DNA of 64,000 bases from contig JANPOU010000069.1 in NCBI GenBank assembly GCA_031428155.1, forward strand, positions 25,419 to 89,418, in the 5' to 3' direction. Below, one piece after another: positions 21,341 through 31,507 of the stretch. A model generated the notes under the pieces. That model was not told the origin of the DNA. It saw only the letters and a program-made list of their open reading frames with translations, and searched no databases. This DNA is from Arenimonas sp. (lineage in GTDB: Bacteria > Pseudomonadota > Gammaproteobacteria > Xanthomonadales > Xanthomonadaceae). Position 1 is the stretch's first letter. The number at the start of each line of letters is the position of its first letter. The position numbers and the translations under genes were made by a program.

Positions 21341-23092
21341 TTGGCAATGGATTCCACTATGCACCAAAAAAATGCGACTGACCGAATGCAGATTAATGCA
21401 CTCAAGCCTTCAACGCTGATCTGGTTTTTTGTACTGGCATTTATTGTTTTGTTCGCAGGCTATGGCTTGCGCGACCCTTGGCCTGCCGATGAACCGCGTT
21501 TTGTATTAGTAGCAAAACAAATGGTGGAAAGTGGCAACTGGCTGTTTCCGCATCGTGGCATCGAGTTATATCCTGATAAGCCGCCGGTTTTTTTCTGGAT
21601 ACTTTCAATCTGCTATTACTTAATTGGCAGTTGGCGCTGGAGTTTTCTGCTGCCATCGCTGCTGGCGGGCATGCTGACTTTATGGCTTACCTTTGATTTA
21701 GGCAAGCGCCTTTGGACACCGCGAAGCGGATTATGGGCGGCATTAGCGGTGTTAGTTTCCGTGCAGTTTGTGTACCAATTCAAGCGCGCGCAAATTGATC
21801 CGGTATTAGTGGCAATGACCACCGCCGCTTTTTACTGCATTGCACGGCATCTATTGCTTGGGCCAAACTGGAAGCTTTTATACGCAGGATTTTTTCTTGC
21901 AGGGCTTGGTGTAATTACCAAAGGCGTAGGTTTTTTACCCTTGCTGTGTTTATTGCCGCTTATGCTGTATAGGCGTGCGGGTTTTCAGCCCTTAAGCGCA
22001 AAACAAGTCGGCGATGCAAAGCGTTGGCTGCTGGCCATGCTGACGTTTTTCGGCGCGATAGCACTTTGGTTTGTTCCGGTAGTCTATTTGGGCCTGACTT
22101 CAGACAACCCTGAGCATCGGCAATACCTTGAGAATATTTTATTCAAGCAAACCGCCGAGCGTTATGCCAATCCTTGGCATCACCATGAGCCATTTTATTA
22201 TTTTATTGAAATTATCGGCTTATTTTGGCTGCCATTTTCATTAAGCTTTTTCTGGCTAGTAAAACCTTGGCGTGAGGCAATGAAAGCGCGTGATCTTAAG
22301 GTGTGCTTGCCCTTATTTTGGGGTATTTTGGTGGTGCTGTTTTTTAGTATTAGCTCAGGCAAGCGCGATATGTATATTCTGCCGGCACTGCCGGCATTTG
22401 CGTTGGCTGCGGCACCTTTTTTACAACAAATTTCTGAGCGTATTGGCTTTCGCCGTTGCCTACTGGCATTTATCTTGCTACTTGGCTTGTTGTTATTTGG
22501 GCTTGGGCTATCTGCCTATTTAGGCAAAGCCGCCTTTGCGCAGAAAATAATTATTGAGCGAGGGTTGGGCTCAGAAGTGCAATGGCTTTGGTGGATGTTG
22601 ATGGTCTGCGGTGTCATTGCATTGGCTGCAGGATTCTGGGCAACAACGCATAAAATATTGCAAGCAACCGCAATCAGTTTGCTGGCGCTTTGGTTAGGCT
22701 ATGGTTTTGTAGTTCACCCAGTACTTGACCGTTCAAGCTCATCACGGGATTTAATGGTCAGAGCGCGTGTGCAAGCTGGACCGGACACTGAAATTGGTTT
22801 GGTGGCATGGAAAGAACAAAATCTTTTGCAAGCGCAAGGCAAGGTTGTTGAATTTGGTTTTTTACAGCCCGAAACAACGCAGCTGGCCAGTGGCATGCAG
22901 TGGCTACAGCTTAGCCCGCAATCACGATGGCTACTCATTAGTCAGCACGCCAAGTTTGATTGTATTAAGTTCAGCGCTCCTGATGCGATTGATTTGGAAA
23001 AAGCCAATCGAAGAGCCTGGTGGCTGGTTAATGCTAAAGCTGTTTCTGCTTGTGATGCGAATACTTTATTTCAGCAATCCATCACGCCCTAG
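21341..23092 (+). CDS. ArnT-like membrane glycosyltransferase (GT83/PMT family)
   Basis: PADEPRF, YPDKPP, KGVG, GKRDMYILP; multi-TM; true start may be a downstream ATG. Confidence 0.85.
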   Translation: MAMDSTMHQKNATDRMQINALKPSTLIWFFVLAFIVLFAGYGLRDPWPADEPRFVLVAKQMVESGNWLFPHRGIELYPDKPPVFFWILSICYYLIGSWRWSFLLPSLLAGMLTLWLTFDLGKRLWTPRSGLWAALAVLVSVQFVYQFKRAQIDPVLVAMTTAAFYCIARHLLLGPNWKLLYAGFFLAGLGVITKGVGFLPLLCLLPLMLYRRAGFQPLSAKQVGDAKRWLLAMLTFFGAIALWFVPVVYLGLTSDNPEHRQYLENILFKQTAERYANPWHHHEPFYYFIEIIGLFWLPFSLSFFWLVKPWREAMKARDLKVCLPLFWGILVVLFFSISSGKRDMYILPALPAFALAAAPFLQQISERIGFRRCLLAFILLLGLLLFGLGLSAYLGKAAFAQKIIIERGLGSEVQWLWWMLMVCGVIALAAGFWATTHKILQATAISLLALWLGYGFVVHPVLDRSSSSRDLMVRARVQAGPDTEIGLVAWKEQNLLQAQGKVVEFGFLQPETTQLASGMQWLQLSPQSRWLLISQHAKFDCIKFSAPDAIDLEKANRRAWWLVNAKAVSACDANTLFQQSITP

Positions 23093-23136
23093 CAAAGACT
23101 CCGCTATCATGTGCAGAACGGGACCAGGGTAATTCA

Positions 23137-24516
23137 ATGAAGATTTTAATCTTAGGCGCAGGGCAAGTTGGTAGTTCAGTAGCTGCCGCGCTCTCGGTGG
23201 AAGAGCAAAACCAGATTACGATGGTTGACAGCGATCTGAATCGATTGCGCGAACTGACTGAAAAACTGGATATCCGAACCGTGCATGGCCATGCATCGTT
23301 ACCGAGTGTGTTGAGCCAAGCCGGTATTGAAGATGTTGATTTATTAGTCGCGGTCACCTCGTCCGATGAAGTCAATATTATTGCCTGCCAAATTGCTGCT
23401 CAACAAACTAAAGCGCCAACCCGCGTGGCACGATTGCGCGAACAAGAATACCTAGCGCTCGCTAAGCAAGGTCTTGGTGGTGAAGCTGCAGTGACTGCCG
23501 CTATTAGCCCTGAGCAATTAGTTTGTGAGCATGTAGAACGCTTGATTGCGACCCCAGGTGCTTTGCAAGTGCTCGATTTTGCCGGTGGCCGGGCACAATT
23601 AGTGGCTGTGCGTGCGCTGCATGGCGGGGCATTGGTAGGCCATGAAATTCGTGAACTACGCAGGCATCTGCCACAAGGTATGGATGTGCGGGTGGCGGCG
23701 ATATTCCGCAAAGGCCAAGCCGTTAAGCCAGATGGCATCACGGTGATTGAAGCCGGTGACGAAGTGTTTTTCTTGGCCCCGCAAGGAGCCATCAAGGCCA
23801 TGATGAGTGAGCTGCGCTCAGCCGATAAACGTTTAACCAAGCGCATCTTTATTTCGGGCGGTGGTGGCATTGGGCGGCGTTTAGCTAAATCGTTGGAGAA
23901 ACGCTATTCGGTAAAAATTCTTGAACGTTCACGAGATCGCGCACGCGATATTGCCGAAGATTTATTGAATACCATTGTGTTGGTTGGCGATTGCGCCGAT
24001 GAAGATTTGCTACGCGAAGAAAATATTGATCAGACCGATGTGTATTGCGCACTGACCAATGACGATGAAGCCAATATTCTCTCGGCGATGTTGGCTAAGC
24101 GTTTGGGTTGCCCGCGCGTGGTGGCCTTGATTAATCGTGCATCGTATGCTGAATTAGTTGAAGGCAGTACCATTGATATTGCCATCAGTCCGCAATCGGT
24201 TACGCTCAGCGCCTTGCTTTCACATATTCGCGAAGGCGCACCAGAGCGCGTGTATTCATTGCGGCGCGGCGCTGCTGAAGCGATTGAAGTCGTGGTGCGC
24301 GGAGATCGGCGTACGTCAAAAGTTATCGGCCGAGAGCTGGACGATCTGGAGCTGCCAGAATCAACCACTATTGGCGGCATTGTGCGCGGCGATAAATTAC
24401 TAATCGCGCATCATGATGTGATGATTGAACAGGGCGATCATGTTATTTTATTTGTGACCAATAAACGTGATTTGCCTGCCGTGATTACCTTATTCAAAGA
24501 AGTAGATTGGCATTGA
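23137..24516 (+). CDS. trkA: Trk potassium uptake NAD-binding subunit
   Basis: ILGAGQVG and GGGGIG Rossmann motifs in two RCK domains. Confidence 0.95.
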   Translation: MKILILGAGQVGSSVAAALSVEEQNQITMVDSDLNRLRELTEKLDIRTVHGHASLPSVLSQAGIEDVDLLVAVTSSDEVNIIACQIAAQQTKAPTRVARLREQEYLALAKQGLGGEAAVTAAISPEQLVCEHVERLIATPGALQVLDFAGGRAQLVAVRALHGGALVGHEIRELRRHLPQGMDVRVAAIFRKGQAVKPDGITVIEAGDEVFFLAPQGAIKAMMSELRSADKRLTKRIFISGGGGIGRRLAKSLEKRYSVKILERSRDRARDIAEDLLNTIVLVGDCADEDLLREENIDQTDVYCALTNDDEANILSAMLAKRLGCPRVVALINRASYAELVEGSTIDIAISPQSVTLSALLSHIREGAPERVYSLRRGAAEAIEVVVRGDRRTSKVIGRELDDLELPESTTIGGIVRGDKLLIAHHDVMIEQGDHVILFVTNKRDLPAVITLFKEVDWH

Positions 24517-25967
24517 ACACGCGATTAAAAGCCATCTTGCGAGTATTCGGCGCTGTAACGGCCCTGTCGTCATTAATTATTCTGCCATCGCTATTGCTGG
24601 CAATATTTTTGAATGAAGCAACGCTCATCCCCTTTATTGAGGCGATGCTGCCACCCTTGTTGGCGGGTAGTTTGCTTTGGTTTACATTTCGCCACAATAC
24701 CTATGAATTGCGTTTGCGTGATGGCTTTTTAATCACTGGCGGTATTTGGTTTATTGCCAGTTTAGTGACCGCCATTCCATTTTATAAAGCTTTGCCCGAT
24801 GTGTCCTTCACCGATGCCGTATTTGAATCGGTATCTGGCTTAACCACCACCGGTGCCACTATTCTAACGGGCTTGGATTACATGCCCAGAAGCTTGCTAT
24901 TTTATCGCGCCAGTTTAAATTTTTTCGGCGGTATGGGCATCGTGATTTTGGCGGTTGCGGTATTGCCTATGCTTAAAATTGGCGGCATGCATTTATTCAA
25001 AGCCGAAAGCACTGGCCCAATGAAAGATAACAAACTCACTCCGCGTATTGCCGAAACAGCACGCACTTTATGGATGGTTTATCTGGGCTTGAATGTTGCC
25101 TGCGCCTTGGCTTATTGGTTTGGCGGCATGAATTTTTTTGATGCGGTAACGCATGCTTTGTCTACAATTGCTACCGGCGGTTTCTCTACACATGATGCGA
25201 GCTTCGGCTATTGGGATAGTGAGTTGCTGGACATTATCGCTACGGTATTTATGATGCTTGGCGGTATCAGTTTCAGTATGCATTGGTATGCATGGCGCGC
25301 AGCTACTGTTAATCATTATCAGGCCAACAGTGAGCTGCGTGCGTATATTGCGATTATTGCGGTGTTTAGCCTGATTGTTGCGCTCTATCTTTTAGCATGG
25401 GGTACGTTCAATAGCTTCGCTCAAGCCTTGCGATACGGCGCGTTTCAAGTGGTATCGAGCATTACCACCACCGGTTTCGTTACTACCGGCTTCGCACACT
25501 GGCCAGGCATGTTGCCCTTGCTGCTTATTATGCTTGGCTTTATCGGAGGTTGTTCCGGTTCAACTGCCGGCGGCATGAAAGTAGCGCGTGTGCAAATGGT
25601 GGTGCGTCAAGGATTGCGTGAACTCAAGCAGCTGGTGCATCCGAAAGCCCAGTTTTTGGTGACCATGGGCGGAAAGCGAGTATCGGAAAGTGTCGTGATT
25701 TCAGTCGCCGGTTTCTGTGCGTTGTACATCACGGTGTATCTGATGATGCTTTTGTTACTTGCAGCCGATGGCGTAGATATTGAAACAGCGTTCTCCTCGG
25801 TTGCCGCCTGCCTAAATAACATGGGCCCAGCATTAGGAAAGTCCGCGCATCATTACCAAGCCATGAGCGACTTCTCTTCGTGGGTACTAAGCTTCGCGAT
25901 GATTGTTGGGCGCCTAGAAATTTTCACCATCTTGGTTTTATTCACGCCGCAGTTTTGGCAGGAATAA
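24507..25967 (+). CDS. trkH: Trk potassium uptake membrane subunit
   Basis: FESVSGLTTTG, TGGFS, GGCSGSTAGGMK, GRLEIF. Confidence 0.95.
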   Translation: MALNTRLKAILRVFGAVTALSSLIILPSLLLAIFLNEATLIPFIEAMLPPLLAGSLLWFTFRHNTYELRLRDGFLITGGIWFIASLVTAIPFYKALPDVSFTDAVFESVSGLTTTGATILTGLDYMPRSLLFYRASLNFFGGMGIVILAVAVLPMLKIGGMHLFKAESTGPMKDNKLTPRIAETARTLWMVYLGLNVACALAYWFGGMNFFDAVTHALSTIATGGFSTHDASFGYWDSELLDIIATVFMMLGGISFSMHWYAWRAATVNHYQANSELRAYIAIIAVFSLIVALYLLAWGTFNSFAQALRYGAFQVVSSITTTGFVTTGFAHWPGMLPLLLIMLGFIGGCSGSTAGGMKVARVQMVVRQGLRELKQLVHPKAQFLVTMGGKRVSESVVISVAGFCALYITVYLMMLLLLAADGVDIETAFSSVAACLNNMGPALGKSAHHYQAMSDFSSWVLSFAMIVGRLEIFTILVLFTPQFWQE

Positions 25968-25987
25968 TTTTTTCGTAGGCGCGCAAT

Positions 25988-27481
25988 TTACCGTGCAATC
26001 CTCGCCGAAATAGTTTGATGAAGACGCACTGCTTCATCGAATGGCAGATAACGTACTGCCAACGGTGGCTCGAACGCTCCAGCATTGACGGTATCGCAGA
26101 ACACTGTGGCCATGCCGTTTCGGCGATCGAATGGCGATTGCTTCAAATACACGGCTTGCACCTTTCGCACTTCGGAGAATCGCCAATGTTTGTTTAGCCA
26201 GCCTTCGCGCACAGCAATTAGTCCATTGGCTTGTGAATAACCCGCATATTTCGCCCATGTTTTTGCCTGTGCATATAGAACGGGAAGCAATAGTAAACTC
26301 AATAAACCATACCAACCAAGCTTGTATATGCAGAGTGCGATAACAGGCAGCATCAATAGCGCTGGTGTTTTGAATTTGCGTCGCCAAGCGTGCGGGTGCA
26401 ATGCTTGCCAGTCTTGAATTGGCCAGCTGCAATTGGGCAACACTGTATGAATGATTTGCTCGATACTTTGTTCATCAGCAATCGGTGCCAGCTGCCATTG
26501 CGATTCCAAATTTTCCGATTTGACACCGCCCGCAGCAGCATCAATACGTAAGGCGAAGCGTGAAAATCTACGTTGCAGCCAGCCTTGCTGCAGGGTCCAA
26601 GCTTGTATTCTGGTGCGCGGCAATGAGCCATGAAAACGGTTGAGCAAGCCACGTTCAATCGACAGGCGATGATTATCGCTACTAAGGATGAAGCCGTGAT
26701 AATGCAAGATGGCCTGCAGCATGGAAATGATGCGTAATAAAACGAATGCGACCATTAGTAAACTGAGGCCGCCAATGATATAAGACACCGTGCTGTTTTG
26801 GCTTAGCTCTGAGCTATGGTCCCAAAGCCAGCCGCTGGCTTCGCGGAACAGTTTCTGTGGCATTTGCCAGTTCATTTGCATCAAGCCGCCCACACCTGCT
26901 GCAACAAGAATCATGCCTTTGTTGGATATAAGTCCAAGTTTCAATACTTCGCGACTTGGCAAGCTCAATAGAATGTGGCTTGAATCTGTTTGCAGTTCAA
27001 TTCTATGTGCAGCAGCGGAAGGGTTTTCTTGGCTACGAATGATGCGCTGCAATTGCTGAGCTTGGGCAAAGCCGAGCACGCGCATACGACCTTCTTCTTT
27101 CTCGCCGCCGCCAGTTTCAAGTCGCACTTCAGCAACGCCCATTAAACGGTGCAATAAACCTTGATTTAAGGTGACATTTTGGATGCGCGTAAACACGATA
27201 TCGCGCACTGTTTTATGCAACAGGCCTGAGCGGATAACAATGCGATCACTACCAATTCGGTAGCGAAACGTGATGTAGCGAGCTACTGCTAATGGCACCA
27301 TAAAGCCAATGACCACTAAACCCCAAAGCTCGTAATCGTTTCCTTTTCCAGTGAACAATAAAATAATGATGGGCAGCAAGAATTGTTTGAGGACATTCAG
27401 CAGTTCAAACAACCACGACAGTGGATGCAGGCGTAATTCGTCTACCTGTATATCGGCAATCTCAGAGTGCGTTGTCGTCAC
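25988..27481 (-). CDS. Membrane protein with bacterial PH domains (YdbT-like)
   Basis: RLHPLS N-terminus, RIQNV, repeated bPH_2 motifs, QSPFDRR; GTG 27481 is the likely start. Confidence 0.8.
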   Translation of the reverse strand: MTTTHSEIADIQVDELRLHPLSWLFELLNVLKQFLLPIIILLFTGKGNDYELWGLVVIGFMVPLAVARYITFRYRIGSDRIVIRSGLLHKTVRDIVFTRIQNVTLNQGLLHRLMGVAEVRLETGGGEKEEGRMRVLGFAQAQQLQRIIRSQENPSAAAHRIELQTDSSHILLSLPSREVLKLGLISNKGMILVAAGVGGLMQMNWQMPQKLFREASGWLWDHSSELSQNSTVSYIIGGLSLLMVAFVLLRIISMLQAILHYHGFILSSDNHRLSIERGLLNRFHGSLPRTRIQAWTLQQGWLQRRFSRFALRIDAAAGGVKSENLESQWQLAPIADEQSIEQIIHTVLPNCSWPIQDWQALHPHAWRRKFKTPALLMLPVIALCIYKLGWYGLLSLLLLPVLYAQAKTWAKYAGYSQANGLIAVREGWLNKHWRFSEVRKVQAVYLKQSPFDRRNGMATVFCDTVNAGAFEPPLAVRYLPFDEAVRLHQTISARIAR

Positions 27482-27959
27482 GGCGTATTTCCGGTATGAG
27501 CGCATCACGAAGCATGATGGCATCTTCTAAACTAAAGCCGCCTTGCTTTAAAGCATGGCTTTGTGTGCCAGCCGTGTGAATCACTAAAGTAGCAAGATTG
27601 CGTGTGCGTTCCATTGGGCCATTGTGAATATCGAGATGCTGAACCCGTGAGCGAGGCACGAAGATTTCTTTCTGCCACCATTTGCCTTTTCGAACACGGA
27701 AGCCATCATCATCCAGCCGCCAGCGTGTGTAAAACCAACGGTTATAGCCAAACAAATAACCCATACACAAAAACAGCAATAAAACTGGCAATACTACGCA
27801 TAAGCCCCACCATCCGGGCATTAAATTCATAGACAGAATAGTTACAGGAATAATCGGAATCAGGAAGGGCAGCATACCGAAAACCAGCATTAGGTTTTTA
27901 GCTGAAGGTTCAAGTGTCTGCCATTCTGCATCTTGGATATTGTGGATTGATTCATTCAT
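27462..27959 (-). CDS. Membrane protein with PH domain (YdbS-like)
   Basis: 2 TM segments then VPRSRVQHLDIHNGP...LVIHTAG. Confidence 0.82.
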   Translation of the reverse strand: MNESIHNIQDAEWQTLEPSAKNLMLVFGMLPFLIPIIPVTILSMNLMPGWWGLCVVLPVLLLFLCMGYLFGYNRWFYTRWRLDDDGFRVRKGKWWQKEIFVPRSRVQHLDIHNGPMERTRNLATLVIHTAGTQSHALKQGGFSLEDAIMLRDALIPEIRRDDNAL

Positions 27960-28849
27960 TGATAAGGTTTTTTCTCAGAAGGTTCTGCTTGAATACTAAA
28001 GCGTTTGTAGGTCCATTGATATTGCCGAAAGTCACGCTCGGCGATGCGCTGCACATGTTGATTCATTATGCCTAGTGCTTTAAGCAAATCATCATCTTGC
28101 AGTTCGGTTGTTTCTGCCTCGAAATACAGATCAAAGCCCTGTTTGGTTCGTTCGGTAAAAGCAAATACTACCGGCGCAGCAGAGCGTTTCGAGAGCTTGG
28201 CGATTAAGCTTAAGGTTAATGCTTGTTTATTGAAAAATGGCGCAAACTCGCCACCGCCCATTTTTGGCTGTTGGTCGGGTGTTATGCCGACCGTTTCACC
28301 TTTTTGCAATGCGCGCAATAACGGCCGCATGGCGCTTGCTTCAGCCGGAACCAAGCTCACATTCGGGCCGCCGCGGGCTAAATGCAGGAAATAATCGCCA
28401 TATGCTTGCTTTGGCACGCGATACACCAAGCTAAATGGCGCGCGTGCTGCTAGAAATTTAAGCAATAGTTCCCAGTTGCCGTAATGTGGTGCTGCAATCA
28501 GTACGCCTTTTCCTTTGGCTAGTGCGGCTTGCAAATTCTCAATGCCATGAATCGTGCCAATCAGCTTCAGTGCGCTAGGCCTTGGCCGAGTCCAAATTGC
28601 TAGCGTTTCAAACAGCGTTTGCCCGGAAGAGCGCATAATTCCCCGTATTTTTTGTTCTTTGCTTTCGGCTGTATCGTTCGGGTAAATCAAATGCATATTA
28701 CAGCGCGCCACATGCGTTTCACGGCTATTGCTGTGGTATGCCAGCCAGCCAACAAGGCTGCCTAACGCTCTCAAAATAGCCAGTGGCAATAAGCCCAGCA
28801 TTTTGGCGAGCAAAAACAGTATTCGTCCGAAAATAGGCGGGTTAGTCAT
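27956..28849 (-). CDS. Lipid A lauroyl/late acyltransferase (LpxL/HtrB family)
   Basis: PHYGNWE, PDQQP, FAPFF, QYQWTYKRF; ATG 28849 preferred. Confidence 0.88.
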   Translation of the reverse strand: MTNPPIFGRILFLLAKMLGLLPLAILRALGSLVGWLAYHSNSRETHVARCNMHLIYPNDTAESKEQKIRGIMRSSGQTLFETLAIWTRPRPSALKLIGTIHGIENLQAALAKGKGVLIAAPHYGNWELLLKFLAARAPFSLVYRVPKQAYGDYFLHLARGGPNVSLVPAEASAMRPLLRALQKGETVGITPDQQPKMGGGEFAPFFNKQALTLSLIAKLSKRSAAPVVFAFTERTKQGFDLYFEAETTELQDDDLLKALGIMNQHVQRIAERDFRQYQWTYKRFSIQAEPSEKKPYQ

Positions 28850-28888
28850 GGCCTCAGTGTACTGGATTTGTCGTTTTGTGAATATTAA

Positions 28889-28917
28889 GGAACTTTTTGA
28901 ATAAGTTATTTGTCTAA
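28889..28917 (+). promoter_or_regulatory. Putative sigmaE (RpoE/AlgU) promoter for dtd-rpoD
   Basis: GGAACTT (28889-95), 16 bp, GTCTAA (28912-17). Confidence 0.65.
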
Positions 28918-28953
28918 CTGTTACGCAACGATAAACATTGGGTTTACGCTTAC

Positions 28954-29391
28954 ATGATTGGCTTAATTCAGCGAGTGAAATACGCAAGCGTGGAAGTAGC
29001 AGGCTTGGTTGTTGGTGCTATTGGGCCAGGTTTATTGGTGTTTGTGGCCGTGCAGCCCGAGGATTCCGAGCAGTCCATTGAGCGTATGGCAGACCGCTTA
29101 TTAGGTTATCGAGTGTTTGAAGATGCAGACGGCAAGATGAATTTATCGGTGCAAGCGGTGCAGGGCGGCGTGTTGTTGGTTAGTCAGTTCACCTTGGCTG
29201 CCGATACCAACACAGGCATGCGACCAAGTTTTACCAGTGCAGCAAAACCAGAGCAGGCTTTGCAAGGCTTTGAGGCTTTAGTAAATGCAGTAAAACAAAA
29301 ATATGGGCAGGTAGCAACTGGCCAATTCGGCGCCAATATGCAAATTAGCTTGTTGAATGACGGCCCAGTAACTTTTTGGCTTGAAACATAA
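28954..29391 (+). CDS. dtd: D-aminoacyl-tRNA deacylase
   Basis: IQRV, VSQFTL, RPSF, NDGPVT. Confidence 0.96.
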   Translation: MIGLIQRVKYASVEVAGLVVGAIGPGLLVFVAVQPEDSEQSIERMADRLLGYRVFEDADGKMNLSVQAVQGGVLLVSQFTLAADTNTGMRPSFTSAAKPEQALQGFEALVNAVKQKYGQVATGQFGANMQISLLNDGPVTFWLET

Positions 29392-29449
29392 ATAGTAGTT
29401 AAATCATAGATATAAACTTAAATTGCAATAAACTTAAACCATTGGAACC

Positions 29450-29458
29450 TGTTATAAT
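29450..29458 (+). promoter_or_regulatory. Extended -10 promoter element upstream of rpoD
   Basis: TG-T-TATAAT ending 35 bp before the ATG. Confidence 0.6.
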
Positions 29459-29493
29459 AGTCGGTTCCCCCAACCGTAGCCCCTCGAGCATTT

Positions 29494-31329
29494 ATGAGCA
29501 CAGTACGCAACGTTAAATCGGAAATTGAAGAATTAATTGCCAAAGGCATGGATCAGGGATACTTGACTTTAGCAGACGTGAACGACCATTTACCGGAAGA
29601 TCTGATTGATCCCGATGAATTGGAAAACATCATCAGCATGATCAACGATATGGGTATCGTTGTGCATGAATCTGCGCCAGATATTGAAACATTGATGTTG
29701 TCGGGTCGAACTGGCGGCAGCAGCGTTGATGCGGTGGCCGCTGAAGAAGCCGTTGCCGTGCTGTCTTCGCTAGAGAATGAAGCCGGCCGTACCACCGACC
29801 CTGTTCGCATGTATATGCGCGAAATGGGTTCGGTTGATTTGCTGACTCGCGAAGGCGAAATTGTCATTGCAAAGCGCATTGAATTGGGCTTAAGCAAGCT
29901 GCACACCGGCTTAGCAAATTTCCCTTGGATTACTCAACAGATTCTGTCCGATTACGATGAACATAAAGCGGGTCGTAAGCGCTTGTCTGAAGTGGTTGTT
30001 GGCTTTCTGGATTTGGAAGATGCTGATGCTGGCTTGCCGCCCGTGATAGAAGAAGTGGTGGTGGTTGAAGATGACAGCGCCGATGGCGAAACAGCGGTTG
30101 TTGATACCGGCCCAGATCCATTAGAAGTAGCGCGGCGCATGGAGTTACTCTCCGATTTATTGAGTAAATTCATTAAGTCTGCTGAAAAGAATGGCTTGGA
30201 TAATGATAAAACCCAAAAAATCCGCGTTGCTATCGCCGATGAAGTGCTGCACCTGAAATTTCCATTAGTACAAACCGATTCGTTGTTGGGCCGTTTGCGT
30301 GAGGTGATTGCTGAAATTCGCCGTCAAGAATCCGCCATTCTGAAACTGAGCGTAGACGCCGCAAAAATGCCACGCAAAGATTTCCTGAAAGCCTGGAAAG
30401 GCAGCGAAACCGATTTGAAGTGGGTTGATAGCGTCATTGCCCGTAAGCAAAAATGGTCGTCGGGTATGCGTGAGCATAAAGATGCCATTGTTGCCCAGCA
30501 AGAAAATTTGGTGGCCATCGAAAAAGAAATGTTTGCCCCGCTGCAAGAAATCAAACGCGCCAACGATGAAATGCGTTTTGGTGAAGAAATGGCACGTAAA
30601 GCCAAGAAAGAAATGGTGGAAGCCAACTTACGTTTAGTGATTTCCATCGCGAAAAAATACACTAACCGTGGTTTGCAGTTCCTCGATTTAATTCAGGAAG
30701 GCAATATCGGTTTGATGAAAGCGGTTGATAAGTTTGAATACAAACGTGGTTATAAGTTCTCCACCTATGCCACCTGGTGGATTCGCCAAGCGATTACCCG
30801 CTCGATTGCAGATCAAGCGCGTACTATCCGTATTCCAGTGCATATGATTGAAACGATCAATAAGCTCAATCGCATTTCGCGCCAAATGCTGCAGGAAATG
30901 GGCCGCGAAGCTACACCGGAAGAATTGGCTAAAGCCATGGAAATGCCGGAAGATAAAATTCGCAAAGTGATGAAAATCGCTAAAGAGCCAATTTCCTTAG
31001 CCACACCAATTGGTGACGACGAAGATTCGCATTTGGGCGATTTCATTGAAGACAGCAACATCGAATCGCCAATGGAAAATGCCACCAATATTGGCCTGCG
31101 TGAAGCCGTGAACGGTGTGTTGGCTGGCTTAACACCACGCGAGGCGAAAGTATTGCGCATGCGTTTCGGCATCGACATGAACACCGATCACACCTTGGAA
31201 GAAGTTGGCAAGCAATTCGATGTGACGCGCGAGCGAATTCGTCAGATTGAAGCCAAGGCTTTGCGTAAGCTTCGCCATCCTTCGCGCGCCGACATCATGC
31301 GCTCGTTCCTGGATTCGGATAATCAATAA
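29494..31329 (+). CDS. rpoD: RNA polymerase primary sigma factor
   Basis: [61 protein letters not shown]. Confidence 0.99.
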   Translation: MSTVRNVKSEIEELIAKGMDQGYLTLADVNDHLPEDLIDPDELENIISMINDMGIVVHESAPDIETLMLSGRTGGSSVDAVAAEEAVAVLSSLENEAGRTTDPVRMYMREMGSVDLLTREGEIVIAKRIELGLSKLHTGLANFPWITQQILSDYDEHKAGRKRLSEVVVGFLDLEDADAGLPPVIEEVVVVEDDSADGETAVVDTGPDPLEVARRMELLSDLLSKFIKSAEKNGLDNDKTQKIRVAIADEVLHLKFPLVQTDSLLGRLREVIAEIRRQESAILKLSVDAAKMPRKDFLKAWKGSETDLKWVDSVIARKQKWSSGMREHKDAIVAQQENLVAIEKEMFAPLQEIKRANDEMRFGEEMARKAKKEMVEANLRLVISIAKKYTNRGLQFLDLIQEGNIGLMKAVDKFEYKRGYKFSTYATWWIRQAITRSIADQARTIRIPVHMIETINKLNRISRQMLQEMGREATPEELAKAMEMPEDKIRKVMKIAKEPISLATPIGDDEDSHLGDFIEDSNIESPMENATNIGLREAVNGVLAGLTPREAKVLRMRFGIDMNTDHTLEEVGKQFDVTRERIRQIEAKALRKLRHPSRADIMRSFLDSDNQ

Positions 31330-31379
31330 GCCAATTTGCACTTTAAATTTTTTACGGCTTCATTGATAATAGTGACATC

Positions 31380-31455
31380 GGGCCCATAGCTCAGCGGTTA
31401 GAGCAGAGGACTCATAATCCTTTGGTCCTAGGTTCAAATCCTAGTGGGCCCACCA
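31380..31455 (+). tRNA. ileX: tRNA-Ile2 (CAT anticodon, lysidine-modified)
   Basis: 76-nt cloverleaf: GGGCCCA/TGGGCCC acceptor stem, GAGGA-CTCATAA-TCCTT anticodon arm, GGTTCAAATCC, encoded CCA. Position after rpoD matches ileX; elongator Met not formally excluded. Confidence 0.88.
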
Positions 31456-31460
31456 AACCA

Positions 31461-31488
31461 AAACTCCGCTGAAAAGCGGGGTTTTTTT
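31461..31488 (+). terminator. Rho-independent terminator after the tRNA (possibly bidirectional)
   Basis: AAACTCCGCT-GAAA-AGCGGGGTTT followed by a T run. Confidence 0.8.
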
Positions 31489-31507
31489 ATGCTAACAATT
31501 CACACGC

